This document shows positions 50,130 to 60,389 of a DNA stretch of 64,000 nucleotides, piece after piece; the stretch's first letter is position 1; each line of letters starts with the position of its first letter. The position numbers and the translations under genes were made by a program. The notes under the pieces were generated by a model. It ran no database searches and was not told the origin of the DNA. It was given only the letters and a program-made list of their open reading frames with translations. Source of the stretch: Hormoscilla sp. GTDB lineage: Bacteria > Cyanobacteriota > Cyanobacteriia > Cyanobacteriales > Desertifilaceae. Location: the NCBI GenBank assembly GCA_051439505.1, contig JBFRWI010000226.1, forward strand, positions 9,567 to 73,566, given 5' to 3'.

Positions 50130-51320
50130 CTAACAACAGTTGCTTTCAGGCGCACAGCAATCACTGGCATCCTTATTCACCCGATAATCCACGCCTTTAG
50201 TTTCCCGGGGGTGGCGGATGCTGGGGCGAGAACAATCAAATACTCCCGCCTTTTCTAACGGAATCTCTACATAGGGTTCCACCGGCAAGAAATCGCCATG
50301 ATAGGGACCGTTGGGGTTAGTCAAGATGTGGAAAGTCTTGTCGCAAACTGCTGTCCGCTGGCCCCGATCGTAGGTATGTCCGTCATCGTCCAACACCTGT
50401 TTCCAAGGTCCAGTATAGATCACTGCCTGATTCCGTTCCCAGCAAGGACCATCCTTTCCCTTAAAAGCTTGCACTGTCACAGAACGAAACTCAATTCCGT
50501 CAATCACCTGCCAAGGTTCTTCCTGGCGGCTGAGAATTTCCATCCCATAAAAACCCGCCTGTGCAAACATTTCAACAAAGGCATCTTCCCGGAAAGCACC
50601 GGCAATACAGCCACTCCACAGTTCCGGGTCATTGATAATTTCCGGAGTCGGGTCTTCATCGCAAACAATATCTGAAATTACCGCCCGTCCGCCCCGTTTC
50701 AAGACGCGATATATTTCGGCAAATAGCTGTTTTTTATCTTGGGGACGCACCAGATTTAACACGCAATTAGAAACCACCACATCAACGCTATTCTCTGCGA
50801 TCAGGGGTTCTTCTTGCCGCAGGCGATCGCATTCTGCCTCAAACTTTGCCACCTGTGCGATCGAAGTAATCGGATGTGCCGACAACCACCGTTGCGCCGC
50901 CTCTAAATCCAAAGCCAAGTCTTGAATTTTTCCCTTGACAAACCGCACGTTATCGTAGCCAATTTTATGGGCAATATCATCTTGATATTTCTTGGCCAAG
51001 TTCAGCATTTCATCATTGAAATCAACCCCGAACGCTTTTCCATTTGCACCCACTTTCTGTGCTAAAATATAGCAAATTTTGCCCGAACCAGAACCCAAAT
51101 CCAGAACTGTTTCGCCTGGCTTTACATAGCGACTGGGGTCGCCACAACCATAATCTTTCTCGATAATTTCGGCTGGCAGGATATCCAGATATTCGCTTTC
51201 GTATTTAGTAGCGCAACACAGACCATCCTCCACCTGACGGGCACCTGCTTGGTAACGTTCTAACACCGCGCTTTCGATATCATAGGCAGATTTTTGCATT
51301 TCAGTCAAACTTTCCATCAT
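50130..51320 (-). CDS. ArsM-like SAM methyltransferase
   Basis: LCC, YGCGDP, LDLGSGSG, SNCVLNL, WSGCIAGA, C-terminal CC pairs. Confidence 0.85.
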   Translation of the reverse strand: MMESLTEMQKSAYDIESAVLERYQAGARQVEDGLCCATKYESEYLDILPAEIIEKDYGCGDPSRYVKPGETVLDLGSGSGKICYILAQKVGANGKAFGVDFNDEMLNLAKKYQDDIAHKIGYDNVRFVKGKIQDLALDLEAAQRWLSAHPITSIAQVAKFEAECDRLRQEEPLIAENSVDVVVSNCVLNLVRPQDKKQLFAEIYRVLKRGGRAVISDIVCDEDPTPEIINDPELWSGCIAGAFREDAFVEMFAQAGFYGMEILSRQEEPWQVIDGIEFRSVTVQAFKGKDGPCWERNQAVIYTGPWKQVLDDDGHTYDRGQRTAVCDKTFHILTNPNGPYHGDFLPVEPYVEIPLEKAGVFDCSRPSIRHPRETKGVDYRVNKDASDCCAPESNCC

Positions 51321-51455
51321 TTTTCTTTCTCTTGGACAATTATATCCTACAATTGCTATGTTAACATCAAATAATGGCTAGATTAATTTTTCCTGAGAAT
51401 TCATGAGCAGCAGTTAAGAATAAGCTGTTCTGCGGGTTATCTTCATCCACACCGG

Positions 51456-52430
51456 TTAAATGCCGCTAATCCTCAGGACATCACTCAGGGTCGGACAGTA
51501 ACTTGGCAGTCCTAAGCTAGCAGGATTAACTGCATTCTGGTAAGTAAAATGCCTCATTCGCATGCAGAACTTGTCCCAAGGGGCGATTTCTATCTTTACC
51601 CCGATCGCCCGCAACAATGATATTAACATATCTGCCAACCATATATACAAAGGCACGCGAAAATAAATCCTTTTCTCCAGATACTGGCAAATCTCTGCCA
51701 CTACCTCATTAAATGCGATCGGCTCATTTCCCAATACCAATTGACGACTTATCGGTAAATTTTCTCCTGAATCTGGGGGATAATCGATCAGATAACTTAC
51801 CACCGTAGCAATATCACGCCCGTGAATGAAGTGGAAACTGCCATCAGCTTGGAAAAAGCGCACCAAATTAATCCATTTGACAATCTCTGGCAGATCCGCT
51901 GACAAGTGGGAATAGGGTTTATCGGAACCCCCACCAAAGACTAAAGTTGGAAACAGGACCGTAATGGGAGGTGCGTGAGATAGTTTTGATAATTCCCGAT
52001 AACAGTCATACTTAGAACGAATATAATCAGTTCCCAACTCACCCGCTTCCCGAAGCAATTGATTATTGCCGTCCAAAATGCTAGCCGTAGAAAAATATAT
52101 TACTTGCTGACAGACATTCGGGTTCAGCAACTTCACCAATTCAACAGTTTTAGCCACATTCACTTCAAATACCTCTTGGGGGCCACCCCAAGCCGTTGCG
52201 ACTAAAACTGCCACATCGATCGCCCCCAGTATGTCTCTAAATTGCTCAATTTCGCGCATATCTGCCTGTAAAATATTCACTCCTGGGCGATATTTACAGT
52301 CAAATTGCAGTTTCTCCCGATTCCGCACCAGTAAGTACAAATCGTACTCGGTTTCCTGAATCAGAGATTGGGCTATATAGTGACCGATACAGCCACTCGC
52401 ACCTGTCAGAAAAATCCGCTTATTAGTCAT
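51456..52430 (-). CDS. NAD-dependent epimerase/dehydratase
   Basis: TGASGCIG, YIRSK; downstream of hemE. Confidence 0.9.
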   Translation of the reverse strand: MTNKRIFLTGASGCIGHYIAQSLIQETEYDLYLLVRNREKLQFDCKYRPGVNILQADMREIEQFRDILGAIDVAVLVATAWGGPQEVFEVNVAKTVELVKLLNPNVCQQVIYFSTASILDGNNQLLREAGELGTDYIRSKYDCYRELSKLSHAPPITVLFPTLVFGGGSDKPYSHLSADLPEIVKWINLVRFFQADGSFHFIHGRDIATVVSYLIDYPPDSGENLPISRQLVLGNEPIAFNEVVAEICQYLEKRIYFRVPLYIWLADMLISLLRAIGVKIEIAPWDKFCMRMRHFTYQNAVNPASLGLPSYCPTLSDVLRISGI

Positions 52431-52601
52431 TAACTATTTGTCCTGAGGACTTTATACCATTTTTGTCAAGCATTTCTGGGAAATACTTGCTAGCTTTTCT
52501 TCCTAGCATTGTTAAAATTTTATTAGTCGGTTTTAACCGACTTTAGCTATTAGCCCGGGGTTTGAACCCCGGGCGGGATGACTACGAACTGCCTTTTTTA
52601 T

Positions 52602-53669
52602 CTAAGCAGCGGCTATTAGCCGATCCACTTGTTTGGCAGTTTCAAAGAAAAACTGCGCATTCTCCTCTGGCGTCCCTGGCAATATTCCGTGACCCAAGTT
52701 GAGAATATGACCTTTGTTGCCAGCTTTCTTAATGGTGTCGAAAATGCGATCGCGAATAAAATCTTGAGAACCAAACAAAGCACCGGGGTCTACATTTCCC
52801 TGTACTTTCATGTCCGCACCCAGCCGCTTCCGCGCCTCGGCCATATCCACCGTCCAGTCCACACTGACCATATCTACACCAGATTTGGCCATCAGTTCCA
52901 ACACTCCCGCGCTACCACTAATGTACAATATTAATGGCGTATCGGGATAGACTTTTTTCACTTGCTTGACAACCTTTTGGTGATATGGTAATGCAAATAC
53001 TTCATAATCTTGGGGACTCAGATGACCCGCCCAAGAGTCAAACATTTGCACCACCTGGGCACCGCATTCTATTTGATAGCAGACATAGGTCGCGATCGCA
53101 TCGGCAATTTTATCCAGGAATAGATGCAACATCGCGGGTTCGCCAAAAGCCATCCCTTTAATATTGCTATAGTTTTTCGAGGTTTTGCCCTCGATCGCGT
53201 AAGCGGCCAAAGTCCAAGGGGCACCCACAAAACCCAGCACCGCTGCCTTATTGCCCACTTCCTGACGCAATGCCTGCAAAATCTCCCGGATGAAGGGCAG
53301 GGATTCCGCCGGTTCCAGGGGATGCAATTGCTGGATCTGTTCTATACTACGAATGGGCGGGTCGATTACCGGTCCTTTACTTTCGACAATGTCAAAAGGA
53401 ATGCCCATTCCCGGCAGGGGCGTGAGAATATCCGAGAACATGATCACCCCATCCGGCTGGAAAGCTTTATAGGGTTGCAGGGAAATCTCGATCGCCAGTT
53501 CGGCATTTTCCGAGCGCTCGCGGAAGCTAGGATACTTATCCCGCAAGTCTCGGTACACCTTCATATAGCGACCCGCCTGGCGCATCATCCACACCGGCGG
53601 ACGGGATAGCACCTCACCGCGAGTTGCCCGCAGTAGATAAGGAATCTGATCTGATTGGGATTCAGTCAT
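52602..53669 (-). CDS. hemE: Uroporphyrinogen decarboxylase
   Basis: [29 protein letters not shown]. Confidence 0.97.
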   Translation of the reverse strand: MTESQSDQIPYLLRATRGEVLSRPPVWMMRQAGRYMKVYRDLRDKYPSFRERSENAELAIEISLQPYKAFQPDGVIMFSDILTPLPGMGIPFDIVESKGPVIDPPIRSIEQIQQLHPLEPAESLPFIREILQALRQEVGNKAAVLGFVGAPWTLAAYAIEGKTSKNYSNIKGMAFGEPAMLHLFLDKIADAIATYVCYQIECGAQVVQMFDSWAGHLSPQDYEVFALPYHQKVVKQVKKVYPDTPLILYISGSAGVLELMAKSGVDMVSVDWTVDMAEARKRLGADMKVQGNVDPGALFGSQDFIRDRIFDTIKKAGNKGHILNLGHGILPGTPEENAQFFFETAKQVDRLIAAA

Positions 53670-53769
53670 GCTGTTAAATTTCTCGATCTTAGCAGGTAAT
53701 GATTATAGTTCCTCTGGGACTTCCCAAAGTGCGATATTCTAAGAAAAATTGGCGCGATACAAGTAATTG

Positions 53770-54318
53770 ATGGATATAACAGAATTTTTCCAACTCAGTG
53801 CAGGCAAATGGTTTTCCCAACGCACCGTTCACCATCTGGATAAAAAAGACCTAGAGATCGGCAAGTCAAATTTGGTCATAGATTTCCTCCCCCAGACTGA
53901 CCCCGACTTGAGCCAACTCTGCCAAAAACACCACATTGACCCCGGGTTAGCCTTGTGCGGTACTCGCGTCACCTGGGATGGCACCGTCGGACGGCAGGCC
54001 AAAAAAGATAGCGGTGCCACGGTTTTGGTCGCAGTGGCCGATGGAGAGGAACCCACCAAGGGCACATTACTACATTCGGGAAACTCCCCTGACCTTGACC
54101 TCCCGAAAGGACATTACATCATCGGACCCGACCAAGTCCTCACGTTAATTATCTCCTCTGACACCACGCAGATTGAAGAGCGCCTGTGGTTTGCCTCGGA
54201 CAACTTGCGGTTTCGCACTAGCACCTGCAAACTCCCTAGCGGTTTCAACGTCACCTCCTTTTGCTCGGAAATTCGCATGGGGGTGACTGCGCCGCCCAAA
54301 CCCGCCACTCCCGAATGA
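53770..54318 (+). CDS. CpcS/CpeS-type phycobiliprotein lyase
   Basis: FF..SAGKWFSQRT.H..EERLWFASDNLRFR..SFCSEIR. Confidence 0.92.
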   Translation: MDITEFFQLSAGKWFSQRTVHHLDKKDLEIGKSNLVIDFLPQTDPDLSQLCQKHHIDPGLALCGTRVTWDGTVGRQAKKDSGATVLVAVADGEEPTKGTLLHSGNSPDLDLPKGHYIIGPDQVLTLIISSDTTQIEERLWFASDNLRFRTSTCKLPSGFNVTSFCSEIRMGVTAPPKPATPE

Positions 54319-54589
54319 CCCAATTTCCCTCACAAGTCATGGCGGCGAATTGCTACGGAATGCCTATGTAGGTTGGGTTTCCGCACGAACCCCAACAGCA
54401 ATATAGTGCTTACGGTGGGTTAGAATAAGTTAACCCACCCGACAATTAATGAGTAATTCACCCGCCGGGGGTTCAAACCCCCGGCTAATAGCTCAAGTCG
54501 GTTAAAAATGACCAATACAATTTTGCTTAAACTAATTGTCTGACTTTTTAATAAAATGGTATAAGAAAATTATTTTAATGATACAGCCC

Positions 54590-54817
54590 ATGACCAACAC
54601 TAACCAACTTCGCCTTCAACTCAACTCCGAAATCGATCGACTCTCTCCGGGAGACCTCGCCCAACTCCTCGAACTCGCCCGCAAACTCCGACAAGCTAGG
54701 GAACTCAAACCCGATATAGAGTATGCTATGGCTTGGTCCCAGTGGTTCGAGGAAGTCGATCGCTTGGATATTTTGACCGACGACGGGATGGCAGAAAATC
54801 CTTCCGTTATAGTCTAA
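54590..54817 (+). CDS. Small hypothetical protein, possibly with a premature stop
   Basis: ORF with AWSQWFEEVDRL; the frame continues KYRDRGLYM after the TAA. Confidence 0.45.
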   Translation: MTNTNQLRLQLNSEIDRLSPGDLAQLLELARKLRQARELKPDIEYAMAWSQWFEEVDRLDILTDDGMAENPSVIV

Positions 54818-54892
54818 AAGTACCGCGATCGAGGCTTATATATGTGATTATCTGTAATGTATTAGAAACGATCGTTATCTAACTAGATTGAT

Positions 54893-55306
54893 ATGGCTAA
54901 AGATCTTTACCATAATGCAGTCCGTCACGGACTTGAAAGAGAAGGTTGGACAATTACCCACGATTCCTTGGAGATCGACTTCGGTGATGTGCTTCTGAAG
55001 ATCGATCTAGGTGCAGAGCAGTTAATTGCAGCACAGAAGCAAGGTGAAAATTTTGCAGTAGAAATCAAGAGCTTTTTCGGGGTTTCTACTATTTATTAAT
55101 TCCATCTTGCCTTGGGACAATATTATAACTATCGTTTTGCCCTGAAAGCAGTGGAACCCGAACGTATTCTGTATCTTGCAGTTCCACTTTCAACTTACGA
55201 AGACTTCTTTTCAAGACGGTTTACCCAAATGATTGTACAAGAGGTACAGATCAAATTAATTGTGTTTAACCCATTATCAGAGAAAATTGTACAATGGAAA
55301 AGCTAG
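54893..55306 (+). pseudogene. xisH: XisH family nuclease with a nonsense mutation
   Basis: AKDLYHNAV..GWTITHD..IDLGAE..AVEIKSF..STIY*FHLALGQYYNYR..LYLAVP; single in-frame TAA at 55097-55099. Confidence 0.9.
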
Positions 55307-55629
55307 AGCGTCATCGCGCGATCGCAAAACAAATTCTTACTGAATATAGCAAAATAAAACCTTCCTATGGGGAGGTAGAAGCTTACACGTGTTTTGACGA
55401 ACAAGGGGAACATTATCAGGTGATTCGGACAGGTTGGCACAAGCATCGGCGGATTTATGGATGTTCGATTCATATCGATCTCAAGGATGACAAGATTTGG
55501 ATAATATATGACAACACTGAGATTGGCATTGCTAATGAGTTGCTCGATCGCAATATATCCAAACAGGATATTGTGTTAGCATTTCACGAGCCTTTTGCAC
55601 GTCAGTTTACCGAGTTTGCTGTCGGATAA
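55294..55629 (+). CDS. xisI: XisI family protein
   Basis: HYQV..GW..RRIYG..IHIDLKDDKIWI..DNTE.GIA.EL..DIVLAFH.P. Confidence 0.92.
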   Translation: MEKLERHRAIAKQILTEYSKIKPSYGEVEAYTCFDEQGEHYQVIRTGWHKHRRIYGCSIHIDLKDDKIWIIYDNTEIGIANELLDRNISKQDIVLAFHEPFARQFTEFAVG

Positions 55630-55687
55630 CTTAACAGTACGATCGCCATTCTTTTAGGCGATCGCCTGCGAAATTACCTCGGTAATT

Positions 55688-56482
55688 TTAATCGATATCG
55701 TCCGGGTTAACGCCCATTTCTAGTAACCGCTGGGCTAATTTTTCAGCACGTTTGCGTTCGGTTTCAGCCCGTTGGCGTTCGGTTTCAGCACGTTGGCGTT
55801 CGGTTTGTGCCTGTTGTTCCAGGGTTTTGATTTTGGTTTGTTCTTCCTTAATTAATTGCTCCACCAGGGGAGGATCGAGCAGTTCTTTCACCGAGAAAAA
55901 TAGCTGCTCAAGCTGACCGGAAATAATTGAGGTATCTTCTGTAAAATCATCCCAACTATATCCTTCTTCACCATGATTAACAAACACTCTAACTCGTTTC
56001 TTTTTCGGGTCTACTATCCAATATTGGGCAATTTCAGCCATTTCGTATTCATTGCGTTTAATCACATAATCTTCCCGGCGATCGCTGCTGACAATTTCTA
56101 CCACCAGAATCGGCTTTTCGTCAAAATCTAAAACCCCTGCCCCTGGGCGATCGCTGATTTGCTCCCAAAGACTTTGATTACAAACGATCGCATCAGGAAT
56201 TCGGGAGGAATTGTCCTCAGTTCTAACACCGACAGTGGTTTTGGCCACCAAAGATAAATTTTGGGCAGCAAAGTAGCGCTGCAACTTGTAGACTAAAAAT
56301 TCACAGATTTTTGTGTGTTCTAGAGTTGGTGTGGACATCGGTATTAATTGACCCCTGACTAATTCATAGATAACATCCGGTTCTCCTTCATAGTCGAGAT
56401 ATTCTTGGAAGGTTAACAGATGTTCCTTTTCTTGAGGTTCCTTGATGGCCACCGACCTTGCTGGGACGACAGCTTGTGTCAT
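55688..56482 (-). CDS. Uma2 family endonuclease with ETERQRA coiled-coil repeats
   Basis: YELVRG, RIPD, LVVEIVS, K..EY..EI..YWIVDP. Confidence 0.92.
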   Translation of the reverse strand: MTQAVVPARSVAIKEPQEKEHLLTFQEYLDYEGEPDVIYELVRGQLIPMSTPTLEHTKICEFLVYKLQRYFAAQNLSLVAKTTVGVRTEDNSSRIPDAIVCNQSLWEQISDRPGAGVLDFDEKPILVVEIVSSDRREDYVIKRNEYEMAEIAQYWIVDPKKKRVRVFVNHGEEGYSWDDFTEDTSIISGQLEQLFFSVKELLDPPLVEQLIKEEQTKIKTLEQQAQTERQRAETERQRAETERKRAEKLAQRLLEMGVNPDDID

Positions 56483-56769
56483 ATTCGACCTCCATTGCGA
56501 TTTTTCGCGCAGCGTTCGCGTTCATTGACTATTATATCTTATCTTAGCTTATTGGACCTCTTGACCGTCAGTACAGTTGGGACGATCGGGTACAGACCTC
56601 CGAAAGCTGCAACACCCTCAACTACCTACACTTGCGATTTTTCGCACGGGCCCCCGACCCTGGGAGTGGGGTAGTGCTCCTGATGTAATGATAGTAAATC
56701 CACTAACCGTTGTTTCAGTGGGATATAATCATTACTTGTGGAGCGCTACCCAAAGGGAGGAAGGTAATT

Positions 56770-57612
56770 TTAATGGATGTCGTCCGGGTTAACTCCCATT
56801 TCGAGTAACCGCTGGACTAATTGTTCAGCCCGTTGGCGTTCAGTTTCAGCCCGTTGGCGTTCAGTTTCAGCCCGTTGGCGTTCATTTTCGGCCCGTTGGC
56901 GTTCGGCTTGGGCCTGTTGCCGTTCTGTTTCGGCCTGTTGTTCCAGGGTTTTGATTTTGGTTTGTTCTTCTTTAATTAATTCCTCCACAAACGGCGGATC
57001 GAGCAGTTCTTTCACAGATAAAACTAGCTGCTCAAACTCACGAGAAACAATTGAGGTATCTTCAGCAAAATCTACAAAACTATATCCTTCTTTATTTCTC
57101 GGATTAGCACAGACCCGAACGAGTTTCTTCTTGGGGTCTACGATCCAATATTCGGGAATTTCCGCCATTTCGTATTCATTGCGTTTAATCACATAATCTT
57201 CCCGGCGATTGCTGCTGACAATTTCTATCACCAGAATCGGCTTTTCGTCAAAATCCAAAACTCCAGCCCCGGGGCGATGAATAACTTGCTCCCAAACAGT
57301 TTGGCTACAGACTACCAAATCGGGAATTCGGGATGAATCTTCTTCCGTTCGTACAGCTGTCGCTAATGCGTTTGCGACTAAATCCAAGTTTTGAGCAGCA
57401 AAGTAGCGCTGGAACTTGTAAATCAGAAACTTGCAAATATTGGTATGTAAGTGAGTTTGTGTGGACATCGGTATTAGTTTACCCCTGACTAATTCATAGA
57501 TAACATCCGGTTCTCCTTCATAGTCCAGATATTCTTGGAAGGTTAACAGATGTTCCTTTTCTTGAGGTTCCTTGATGGCCACCGACCTTGCTGGGACCAC
57601 AGCTTGTGTCAT
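56770..57612 (-). CDS. Uma2 family endonuclease, tandem paralog
   Basis: First ~44 aa identical to the neighbour; more 21-bp repeats. Confidence 0.92.
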   Translation of the reverse strand: MTQAVVPARSVAIKEPQEKEHLLTFQEYLDYEGEPDVIYELVRGKLIPMSTQTHLHTNICKFLIYKFQRYFAAQNLDLVANALATAVRTEEDSSRIPDLVVCSQTVWEQVIHRPGAGVLDFDEKPILVIEIVSSNRREDYVIKRNEYEMAEIPEYWIVDPKKKLVRVCANPRNKEGYSFVDFAEDTSIVSREFEQLVLSVKELLDPPFVEELIKEEQTKIKTLEQQAETERQQAQAERQRAENERQRAETERQRAETERQRAEQLVQRLLEMGVNPDDIH

Positions 57613-57695
57613 ATGAGACCTCCCTTGGGTTGCGATCGCGTTCTTTGACTATTATATCTTATATTAGCTTATTTTTCCTCTGTCCGAACTACTGT

Positions 57696-57931
57696 CAATA
57701 ATTCTCCGTTAATGATATAGGTTGTCATTGCGAGGGGGGGGTACGTAGCGACTAACTTAATACTCGATTGAGTTAACCCCCCCCCCCGAAGCAATCCCCG
57801 TCCCATATGAGATGAAGAATGTTTCTGCGTCGTCGGTGAGATTGCTTCGGGGGGTTTCCGGGCGGCGATCTCTAAATTATCGGTTTTGGTTTACCCCCTC
57901 GCAATGACAAATTGTTAACTGAGAAGTATTG
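57696..57931. mobile_element. MITE with 10-bp target-site duplication
   Basis: TIRs CAATAATTCTCCGTTAA / TTAACTGAGAAGTATTG; GAACTACTGT at 57686-57695 and 57932-57941. Confidence 0.93.
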
Positions 57932-57972
57932 GAACTACTGTAAACTTAAAGTCAATGATTTAGGATTGCTAG

Positions 57973-59820
57973 ATGAGCGGGATTGTCGGTATTCTCAACG
58001 GCGACGGTCAACCCCTTGACCCCGCCCTGTTACAGACTATGACGGAGTTGATGGCATTTCGCGGCCCCGATGCCCGGGATACCTGGACTGACGGTTATGT
58101 CGGTTTCGGTCACGCCCTCTTGCGGACCACCTGGGAATCAGCAACAGAACGGCAACCCCACAGTCTCGATGGGAAAGTTTGGATTACTGGGGATATCCGC
58201 CTGGACCGGCGCGAAGATTTGATTGACCAACTGCGTGCTTCCCGACGAAATCTAGAGAAGGACGTTCGTAGTAAACGCTTTAGCGTTTCCCCGTTCGCCG
58301 TGACAGATGTTGACCTGGTTTTGCACGCCTACCAGCTTTGGGGAGACGCTTGTTTGGAACGACTGAGTGGAGATTTTGCCTTTGCTATTTGGGATGGCCC
58401 CCAGCAGCGCTTGTTCTGCGCCCGAGACCAGTTTGGGGTCGTGCCTTTTTTCTATGCAACAATCGGAAAAAGCCTGATTTTTAGCAATACTCTCAACTGT
58501 CTGCGCCTGCACCCACAGGTATCGGATAGATTTAATGAAGGGGCGATCGCGGATTTCCTGCTATTTAGCATGAATATGGATATGGCGACCACCACCTTTG
58601 CCGACATCCAAAAGTTGCCCCCCGCCCACACCCTGATTTGGTCGTCCGGCGAGGTGCGCGTCCGGCGTTACTGGCAGTTGCCCGAAGCAGTAGAATACCT
58701 GCGTTACCAGCGTCCAGAGGAATATGTCGAGCAGTTTCGGGAGTTGTTTGAAAGGGCAGTTACGGATAGACTGCGGACCAACAGTGCGGGCACCCATTTA
58801 AGCGGGGGAATGGACTCCACCAGTATCGCTGCCACTGCCTATAAATTAATGACAGCAACCGGTTCCCCTGTTGATTTTCGGGCCTACGCGATCGTCTACA
58901 AACATCTCATTCCCGACGACGAAGGAGACTATGCTCAAGAAGTAGCCCAGATGGCAGGTTTTCCCATTGAATACCTCGTGGCGGAAGACTACATCGGGCA
59001 GGCCCCTGGAGAACACCCAGAATACATCTATCCCGAACCTCTATTGATTCCCGAGCAAGTGGCGGAAGTGGAGATTACGCGGCGCATAGCAGGGTACAGT
59101 CCGGTGCTGCTAGCTGGGTTTGGTGGCGATCCGGCCCTTTATCCAGCGCCCTCTTCCCAGGATAAGTCGCTACAAAATCAGAATAATGCCTTGGGTTACA
59201 TCCGCTCTCTTCGTACACGGGTGAGGTTGCGAACCCGGTTGCGCCAGTGGCTGAAAAGAGAGCAGCAAGAGCAGCAAGAGCAGCAAAAGATTGATTTTCC
59301 TGACTGGTTTAACCCAGATTTCGCAGAACGAATGCAATTGAAAGGGCGACGGGAAGAAATATACAATGTCTCACCGCAGAGAGACCGGTACGGAATGGCC
59401 GCTGCTCCCTTGTGGTCTAATATATTTGCTTGGTCCGATCCGGGCTTCAGTGGCTTCCCCGTTAAAGTTCGCTTTCCGTTTTTCGATTTGCGCTTAGTGC
59501 TATACTTGTTGTCGGTGCCGTCAGCACCCTGGTTTGAAAATAAATTCTTGCTCAGGGAAGCCATGAAAGGCATGTTGCCAGAGTCCGTGCGCCAGCGACC
59601 CAAAACAACCCTGGGAGGGTTTGCCCATTACAACTGGGTGCAGCAGTCCGGTATCCAACCCTGGATGATAGAATTGGCAACCACCGCATCCCTGACACCA
59701 TATGTCAACACAGAACGCCTGTTGCAAAGACTCAACGCATTAGCAGAACTCACCCCTGTGAGCTATAATCAGACTAAGCCAGCCCTGCAACTGGCTTACT
59801 GGCTCCGCCACCAACGATGA
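57973..59820 (+). CDS. Lasso peptide cyclase (asparagine synthetase-like, C protein)
   Basis: Starts MSGIVG (Ntn Cys replaced by Ser); ARDQFG, LSGGMDS, R.PFFD, K.LLREAM..LPE.VR.RPK; adjacent to a lasso precursor. Confidence 0.9.
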   Translation: MSGIVGILNGDGQPLDPALLQTMTELMAFRGPDARDTWTDGYVGFGHALLRTTWESATERQPHSLDGKVWITGDIRLDRREDLIDQLRASRRNLEKDVRSKRFSVSPFAVTDVDLVLHAYQLWGDACLERLSGDFAFAIWDGPQQRLFCARDQFGVVPFFYATIGKSLIFSNTLNCLRLHPQVSDRFNEGAIADFLLFSMNMDMATTTFADIQKLPPAHTLIWSSGEVRVRRYWQLPEAVEYLRYQRPEEYVEQFRELFERAVTDRLRTNSAGTHLSGGMDSTSIAATAYKLMTATGSPVDFRAYAIVYKHLIPDDEGDYAQEVAQMAGFPIEYLVAEDYIGQAPGEHPEYIYPEPLLIPEQVAEVEITRRIAGYSPVLLAGFGGDPALYPAPSSQDKSLQNQNNALGYIRSLRTRVRLRTRLRQWLKREQQEQQEQQKIDFPDWFNPDFAERMQLKGRREEIYNVSPQRDRYGMAAAPLWSNIFAWSDPGFSGFPVKVRFPFFDLRLVLYLLSVPSAPWFENKFLLREAMKGMLPESVRQRPKTTLGGFAHYNWVQQSGIQPWMIELATTASLTPYVNTERLLQRLNALAELTPVSYNQTKPALQLAYWLRHQR

Positions 59821-60007
59821 AAAGCAACACAGGATTTATCCTATAGCCCTTGCAGAACTCACCTCTGTCAGGGATAATAATCAATTTGCTACCGAGAAAA
59901 AATAGACCCGAAGACGGAGTTTTTGATAAAAATATTGACTGATGAGGAAAGATAGTCTATATTGGAACTAGAAAACGGCGGGGGAGAGAACATTTTTGGC
60001 AGATTGT

Positions 60008-60035
60008 TTGTGTAAGTCGCAATTTGAGTTATAAT
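60008..60035 (+). promoter_or_regulatory. Putative sigma70-type promoter of the precursor gene
   Basis: TTGTGT-N16-TATAAT about 110 bp upstream of the ATG. Confidence 0.4.
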
Positions 60036-60142
60036 CAGAGGAGACCAGCCCGGGAACTGCCATAGTGGCCGGGCCACAAACAACGTCTAGCAGTCAAGAC
60101 CAGACCAATTTTATCCAATATTTGAAATTCTGGAGGAAAACC

Positions 60143-60298
60143 ATGGCAGAAATAACTACTTCCCAAGATACTGCGAATCAAAAGGAATACCACCGTCCCA
60201 AACTGCGTAAATTTGGCAATGTCAGCGATCTGACGTTTACTACTCAAACTTTCCGAGGATCCGATGGCGGTTCGGGCTTGAATCAATATGCCTCGTAA
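60143..60298 (+). CDS. Lasso peptide precursor (51 aa)
   Basis: GGAGG RBS; leader YHRPKLRKFGNVSDLT matches YxxPxLxxxGxxxxxT; predicted core TTQTFRGSDGGSGLNQYAS with Asp9 and a C-terminal Ser. Confidence 0.92.
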   Translation: MAEITTSQDTANQKEYHRPKLRKFGNVSDLTFTTQTFRGSDGGSGLNQYAS

Positions 60299-60389
60299 TT
60301 CAAACTTCTGAGTTTTTTACCTTGAATGTCGCGATCGGTCTAGCACTGTACCCGGTTGCCTGCCCAAAGGGCATAGGGTCAGTGTCTGG

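Noticed and set aside
55097..55099. Stop-codon readthrough or recoding in xisH
   Set aside because: TAA ends many normal genes here; a single GAA>TAA change is the simpler explanation.
54893..55629. fdxN excision element
   Set aside because: No xisF recombinase or interrupted nif gene in the window.
57973..59820. Ordinary asparagine synthetase asnB
   Set aside because: Lacks the N-terminal catalytic Cys and sits beside a lasso precursor and kinase.
60065..60298. 77-aa version of the precursor from the ORF track
   Set aside because: GGAGG precedes the ATG at 60143; 51 aa fits lasso precursors.
59960..60380. Riboswitch around the precursor gene
   Set aside because: Short GC hairpins are present but I could not match any riboswitch consensus.
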